Positions 13,781 to 18,280 of a stretch of DNA of 18,280 bases are shown piece after piece. The stretch's first letter is position 1. Every line of letters starts with the position of its first letter. The stretch is from an uncultured Myxococcales bacterium (GTDB taxonomy: Bacteria > Myxococcota > UBA4151), in contig CAXGWI010000065.1 in the NCBI GenBank assembly GCA_964013405.1, positions 1 through 18,280 of the forward strand, read 5' to 3'. Below the pieces are notes generated by a model. That model did no database searches. It had not been told where the DNA came from and saw only the letters and a program-made list of their open reading frames with translations. The position numbers and the translations under genes are program-made.

Positions 13781-15376
13781 ATGCGTTCTTGCTTGGGCTT
13801 ATGGGGAGTTGTTGCGGTCTTGGGGCTGCTGACTGGCTGTTCTAGCCCTTGCGAACTCAACGCGGACTGCGTCGCACCCGATGTCTGCTTTAATGGCATT
13901 TGCTCGCCTCCGAGCGATGGGGAGGCTCCCGGTTGTGAGGCCCACGGGGATTGCAGCGACTTGGCCGTATGTGATTGGTCCTTGGGCCAATGTCAGAACC
14001 TCGAGCCCGGTGCTTGTCACCCTGAAGATCCGGATCGCTGCCGCTGCCGAGAAGCGGGGGTTTGTCCCGAGAACCTGTGTCGAGCCGATGGATTTTGCTG
14101 GCACGAGCAAGCCCAAGGACCCGATGCCGGCCCCCCTGGTGGCGAAGACGCCGGCCACCAAGGTTGCGAGCGCACAGGGGACTGTCCAGAGGGGCATTAC
14201 TGCTATCCTCGGGATGGTTCCTGTCGTCCCCTCGAGCATCCCTCTTGTCGGGAAGATCGAGATTGCCGTGAGGCGGATGGGGAGCGTTGCGAGCGAGATG
14301 CAGACCGGGAACTCGGTCAATGCGAAGCACCCGCGCCCGAATGCGAGGATGACTTCGATTGTCCGGCGACGGACCGCTGTCTAGCCGGGCGCTGTATGCC
14401 TCGGCCCGAGCCTCGCTGTGGTGACGGCGTGCTGGACGATGGCGAGGCCTGCGACGATGGGAACAACCGGGACGGTGATGGCTGTAACCGGAACTGCGCC
14501 CTTGAGGCAGTCTGTGGCAATGGTGTGGAGGAGCGAGGCGAGCAATGCGATGACGGCAATCGCCGGGCTGGCGATGGCTGCGATGGCAACTGCCGTATCG
14601 AGCAGGAGGCCCAGTGTGGCAATGGTTGGGTTGAAGGCGATGAGCAGTGCGATGACGGCAACGACGTCGATACGGACAGTTGCACGACAGCTTGTCGCCG
14701 GGCCGCCTGTGGCGATGGCTTCGTTTGGGCCATTCTAGAGGAATGCGACGACGGCAACGACGCCAACGGCGATGGCTGCGATGCCTTCTGTCGACTCGAA
14801 GGCTGTGGCAACGGGCGTCTTGAGGCCGGCGAGGAATGCGACGACCGGAACCGCGAGAACGATGACAATTGCACCAATGAATGCCGTCGGGCGGTTTGCG
14901 GCGATGGCATCCTGAGAAACTTTGGCGAAGATTGCGATGACGGCAATCTGGAGCCGGGAGATGGTTGCGACGAGCGTTGTCGGATTGAAGGCTGCGGCAA
15001 CGGCCGAATTGACGAGGGCGAAGAGTGCGACGACCGCAACCAAGTCGATGGTGACTTCTGTACCAATGAATGTCGCCTCGGGGTTTGCGGTGATGGCGTC
15101 TTGAGGGAGTGGTGGGAGCAATGCGACGACGGCAACCTCGTCGATGGGGATGGTTGCGATGCCGAATGCCAAATCGAGGGCTGTGGCAATGGGCGTCGGG
15201 AAGAGGGTGAAGAATGTGATGACGGCAACGCCGACGATGGGGATTGGTGCACCAATGCTTGTACGGAAGCCCGCTGTGGTGATGGCGTCGTCAGGGATTT
15301 CTGGGAGCAGTGCGACGATGGCAACAACGTGGCCGGAGATGGCTGCGACGAACGTTGTTTTAACGAAGAGGACTAG
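13781..15376 (+). CDS. Cys-rich lipoprotein with Dickkopf-like N-terminal modules and 10 myxobacterial cysteine-rich (DUF4215-like) repeats
   Basis: Start moved to ATG 13781 (GAGGT RBS), lipobox LTG-C20. Ten copies of CG[DN]G-x6/7-E-x-CDD[GR]N-x4-D-x-C-x3-C. Confidence 0.88.
   Translation: MRSCLGLWGVVAVLGLLTGCSSPCELNADCVAPDVCFNGICSPPSDGEAPGCEAHGDCSDLAVCDWSLGQCQNLEPGACHPEDPDRCRCREAGVCPENLCRADGFCWHEQAQGPDAGPPGGEDAGHQGCERTGDCPEGHYCYPRDGSCRPLEHPSCREDRDCREADGERCERDADRELGQCEAPAPECEDDFDCPATDRCLAGRCMPRPEPRCGDGVLDDGEACDDGNNRDGDGCNRNCALEAVCGNGVEERGEQCDDGNRRAGDGCDGNCRIEQEAQCGNGWVEGDEQCDDGNDVDTDSCTTACRRAACGDGFVWAILEECDDGNDANGDGCDAFCRLEGCGNGRLEAGEECDDRNRENDDNCTNECRRAVCGDGILRNFGEDCDDGNLEPGDGCDERCRIEGCGNGRIDEGEECDDRNQVDGDFCTNECRLGVCGDGVLREWWEQCDDGNLVDGDGCDAECQIEGCGNGRREEGEECDDGNADDGDWCTNACTEARCGDGVVRDFWEQCDDGNNVAGDGCDERCFNEED
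14417..15358 (+). repeat. Coding tandem array of 10 Cys-rich repeats; units 3-10 form a 189-nt dimer periodicity
   Basis: CGNG Cys codons at 14615, 14804, 14993 and 15182, each exactly 189 nt apart. Confidence 0.92.
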
Positions 15377-16830
15377 GCCCGGTTCGCCGCCTTCACCTTC
15401 TTCAGGGCTTCTCGCAGTCGGCGCCGGGTGCGCTCCTTGCCCAGCACGGTGAGCGTTTCCCACATACCTGGGGTTGCCTTGCGCCCAGTCACTGCGATGC
15501 GAACGGGCATGAAGAGGTCTCTGGGCTTCCAGCCGGTCTCCTCGCAATGCCCTCGCAAGAGTTGCTCGATCGGTTCTTCGCTCCACTCCATCAACTGGTC
15601 CACTTTATCGATGAGGGAGGCGAGGACCGGCTCCAGCTCTTCGAGGCTCTTCTTTTTGGGCTTCAGATCCTCAGCCTCCACATCGAGGTCGCCGCTAAAG
15701 AAGTAAGCGACCTGGGGCATGAACTCGTCGAGTCGATCCATGCGCTCATGGACCAACGGGACGATTTGAGCCCAGCGTTCATCGCTCAGCAGGTGCTCTT
15801 TGAGCCGCTCCCAAATTCCTTCCGGGCTATGGTCCTCACGGATATAGCGACCGTTGAGCCAACTGAGCTTCGCCACATCGAAGACGGGCCCGCCGAGGGT
15901 GACGCGTTCCAGCGAGAAGGCGGCAACCATCTCTTCAAAGCTAAACTTCTCCCGGGTCTCTTCGCCTTCTTCGACCGGAAAGCCCCAGGCCATCCGTGCC
16001 AAGTAGTTGCGCATCGCTTCGGGCAAGATACCAGCATCGCGGTAATAGTTGAGACTCACCGGGTTCTTGCGCTTACTGACCTTCGACTTGTCCGGATTGC
16101 GCAGCAAAGGAAGGTGGCAGAAGACGGGCTGCTTCCAGCCAAAGGCTTCATAAAGCATCACGTGCTTGGGTGTAGACGTGATCCACTCTTCGCCGCGGAT
16201 GACGTGGCTGATCTCCATCAGGTGATCATCGACGACGTTGGCCAAATGATAGGTTGGAAAACCGTCGGATTTGACCAGGACTTGGTCATCAACCTCCTTG
16301 TTGGCGAACTCGATCGGGTCCCGCAGCAGGTCTCGCACCACCGTCGTGCCTTCCCGATCGACCCGCAGGCGAATGACGTAGGGCTCGCCAACTGCCATCC
16401 GGGCCCGGGCTTCAACGGGATCCAGATCTCTGCAGTGGCCATCATAACCGAGCCAGCCTTTGGCCTTCATTTGTTCCGTGCGCAGCGTGGCGAGCCGCTC
16501 CGGGGTACAGAAACAGGGATAGGCCTTGCCCGCATCCACCAACTGCTGGGCGTATTGAGCGTACAGTTCACTGCGTTCCGACTGCCGGTAAGGGCCATAG
16601 TCACCGCCGCAATCTGGCCCTTCATCCCATTGGATCCCCACCCATCGCAGGGCATCGTAGATCATCGCTTCCGAAGTCGGGGTGCACCGGCTCTGGTCGG
16701 TGTCTTCGATCCGCAGGATAAAGCGGCCACCCTTTTGCATGGCAAAGACCTTGTTGATGAGGCCGATGTAGGCGGTGCCGATATGGGGGTCGCCTGTGGG
16801 CGATGGAGCGATGCGGACACGGACGGACAT
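15373..16830 (-). CDS. gltX: Glutamate--tRNA ligase
   Basis: RIAPSPTGDPHIGTAY (HIGH region), LRIEDTD, YRQSER, CFC..YDGHC Zn site, DGFPTYHLANVVDDH, HVIRGEEW, KVSKR (KMSKS-like), and a full anticodon-binding domain. Confidence 0.97.
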   Translation of the reverse strand: MSVRVRIAPSPTGDPHIGTAYIGLINKVFAMQKGGRFILRIEDTDQSRCTPTSEAMIYDALRWVGIQWDEGPDCGGDYGPYRQSERSELYAQYAQQLVDAGKAYPCFCTPERLATLRTEQMKAKGWLGYDGHCRDLDPVEARARMAVGEPYVIRLRVDREGTTVVRDLLRDPIEFANKEVDDQVLVKSDGFPTYHLANVVDDHLMEISHVIRGEEWITSTPKHVMLYEAFGWKQPVFCHLPLLRNPDKSKVSKRKNPVSLNYYRDAGILPEAMRNYLARMAWGFPVEEGEETREKFSFEEMVAAFSLERVTLGGPVFDVAKLSWLNGRYIREDHSPEGIWERLKEHLLSDERWAQIVPLVHERMDRLDEFMPQVAYFFSGDLDVEAEDLKPKKKSLEELEPVLASLIDKVDQLMEWSEEPIEQLLRGHCEETGWKPRDLFMPVRIAVTGRKATPGMWETLTVLGKERTRRRLREALKKVKAANRA

Positions 16831-16986
16831 AGTCAGAGCCTCAGGGTCATTCGTAAGCGGGGCGCTGCTAGCAGGAGATTGGTGAATACGAAAGCACCAC
16901 GGGCAGGCTGAGGTTGACTAATCTCTGCGCTTGATTGATCCAGCGACCGAGAGCGTCATAAAAGCGAGCACAAGCAGGAGCCCAAG

Positions 16987-17541
16987 ATGAGCTATTCGAA
17001 TCCTTTGGATAATCTTCGTTCCGTCCGTGAGAACGAGCACTTTGTGAAGAGCAACTCCGATGCCCTGGAGGCCATGCGCCTGCGGAAGAAAGCTCGGGAG
17101 ATGGGCGAGGCAACCGGCGTCACAGACGAAGATCTGATCAACCATCTTGTCGAGCTTGGTATCGATGTAGAGACGGTTCGTATCCTCCATTTGGTCCCGA
17201 TGATTCAGGTGGCCTGGGCCAATGGCCACATCGACCAAGAAGAAAGAGCGTTGATTGAGTTGGCCGCGCAGGGGCGCGGCGTGAACGAACGCCCAAAGGC
17301 GCGGGCGCTCTTGACCGAGATGCTTTCCCGGCCGCCGACGGCGGACCTGTGCAATACGGCCCTGGATTTCTGTCGCTTGGTGCTGACGGCCGAGGGTGAC
17401 GATGGTTCGGGCATCGAGAACCTCCAGGAGCTGGCCCTAAGGGTTGCTGAAGCCCACGGCGGATTCTTCGGAATTGGTGCGGTCACCGATAGTGAGCGTC
17501 GAGCTCTTGAGCAGATCTCTGAACGTCTCCATCGCAAGTAA
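16987..17541 (+). CDS. TerB-like helical domain protein with a charged N-terminal helix
   Basis: AGGAG RBS at 16976-16980. TerB-like motifs QVAWANGHIDQEERALI and VAEAHGGFFGIGAVTDSERRALEQI. Confidence 0.72.
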   Translation: MSYSNPLDNLRSVRENEHFVKSNSDALEAMRLRKKAREMGEATGVTDEDLINHLVELGIDVETVRILHLVPMIQVAWANGHIDQEERALIELAAQGRGVNERPKARALLTEMLSRPPTADLCNTALDFCRLVLTAEGDDGSGIENLQELALRVAEAHGGFFGIGAVTDSERRALEQISERLHRK

Positions 17542-17599
17542 GCCGGGTTCACGCCGAGTCCGTACGGCGATTGATCGATAAAAAAGGGACTCAATTCCT

Positions 17600-17628
17600 T
17601 TGACGGCCGGCGTCTGCTCCCGTATTCG
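17600..17628 (+). promoter_or_regulatory. Probable sigma70-type promoter of the rpsP operon
   Basis: TTGACG (17600-17605), 17 nt spacer, TATTCG (17623-17628), with an A-tract at ~17580-17585 in UP-element position. The -10 lacks the final T. Confidence 0.4.
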
Positions 17629-17656
17629 CCCACGCCGAATAAGGAATGGAGGCACC

Positions 17657-17938
17657 ATGAGCGTGCGTCTGCGTATGGTTCGAGGTGGTCGCAAGAAGCG
17701 GCCGTTCTACCGTCTGGTGGCAGCCGATACGGCTCGCACCCGCTCGGGCAGTTATATCGAGCGTTTGGGGACCTTTGATCCCCTCGTCGAGCCCCCTGCT
17801 CTCAACTTGGAAGAGGACCGGATTCGGTACTGGCTTGGCGTGGGTGCCACCCCTTCCGAAACCGTGGCGAGCTTGCTGAAGAAGGCTGGCGTCATGGATG
17901 GTGAAGGTGCCGCCACGGAGGCCCCGGCCGAGGGCTAA
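17657..17938 (+). CDS. rpsP: 30S ribosomal protein S16
   Basis: MSVRLRMVRGGRKKRPFYRLVAAD..RSGSYIERLGTFDP..RIRYWLGVGATPSETVASLLK. GGAGG RBS at 17648-17652. Confidence 0.97.
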   Translation: MSVRLRMVRGGRKKRPFYRLVAADTARTRSGSYIERLGTFDPLVEPPALNLEEDRIRYWLGVGATPSETVASLLKKAGVMDGEGAATEAPAEG

Positions 17939-17943
17939 GGCCC

Positions 17944-18280
17944 ATGACACGTTGGATCCCCATCGGTTCAGTGCGCCGGCCCCATGGCCTGCGCGGACTA
18001 CTGCGGGTTCAACTGGATTTAGAGCGACCTGAACTTCTCGCCCCCGGCACCCAGGTGCAGGTGGGCGAGAAGCTCTTTTTTGTCGAGAAGCAAGGCCCTG
18101 CGCCGGGCCCCCAAGATGTGTTTCTCCTGACATTGAGGGAGGTGAATGGCCGGGACCAAGCAGAAGCCCTCAAAGGCCAAACGCTCTTCCTCTCCCGAGA
18201 CGATCTCGGGGAAGCCCCCGAGGAGGATGATTTTCTGCTCGTGGATCTCGAGGGCTTAGAAGCCGTTGATGTACAGGGGC
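17944..18280 (+). CDS. rimM: Ribosome maturation factor RimM (partial, runs off the window end)
   Basis: Translated by hand: MTRWIPIGSVRRPHGLRGLLRV..VNGRDQAEALKGQTLFLSRDDL..EDDFLLVDLEGLEAVD. This has the RimM HGLxG and RxxAExLxG motifs and sits directly after rpsP. Confidence 0.92.
   Translation, partial: MTRWIPIGSVRRPHGLRGLLRVQLDLERPELLAPGTQVQVGEKLFFVEKQGPAPGPQDVFLLTLREVNGRDQAEALKGQTLFLSRDDLGEAPEEDDFLLVDLEGLEAVDVQG

Noticed and set aside
14417..15358. Periodic DNA repeats considered as a CRISPR array
   Set aside because: The units are degenerate at synonymous positions, in frame and protein-coding. There are no identical repeats with unique spacers and no cas genes.
14317..15586. Long minus-strand ORFs (336 aa Ser/Pro-rich and 283 aa) with internal repeats
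   Set aside because: They mirror the Cys-rich repeat array on the + strand, whose codons rarely create antisense stops.
16843..16900. Resemblance to a c-di-GMP-I riboswitch (CATTCGTAAG, TACGAAAG loops)
   Set aside because: The conserved GCAAA/GACGC context and the second stem are missing, so the similarity is too fragmentary.
15547..16911. 454-aa ORF antisense to gltX
   Set aside because: Shadow ORF typical of GC-rich genes with biased codon use. It has no recognisable motifs and overlaps most of an essential gene.
16914..16945. TTGACT as the -35 of a promoter for the TerB-like gene
   Set aside because: No acceptable -10 hexamer at 16-18 nt spacing.
17591..18133. 180-aa minus-strand ORF
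   Set aside because: Antisense to rpsP and rimM, with no independent support.

Overview
GC-rich, gene-dense bacterial chromosomal window, most likely Myxococcota or a related deltaproteobacterial lineage (MXAN_5187-like protein, myxobacterial Cys-rich repeats, DGG/DAG-linker lipoprotein). Bases 1-9025 form a tightly coupled + strand run: the poly-Lys tail of an upstream gene, a membrane protein with a Cache-like region and an MXAN_5187-like C-terminal domain, a LolD/MacB-type ABC ATPase and permease interleaved with two paralogous ~500-aa lipoproteins, and two paralogous His-motif membrane proteins. A minus-strand membrane protein follows. Next come a helical lipoprotein coupled to a FadL-like outer-membrane barrel, a truncated NuoE/FdsG-like remnant, a lipoprotein with three lipocalin-like repeats, and a lipoprotein with 10 Cys-rich repeats. 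The right end is housekeeping: gltX, a TerB-like protein, rpsP and partial rimM. I saw no RNA genes, CRISPR arrays or mobile elements. The best candidate for an undescribed system is the ABC + twin lipoprotein + twin His-motif enzyme operon, possibly for envelope lipid modification or trafficking. All family assignments come from motif recognition by eye, not from database searches.
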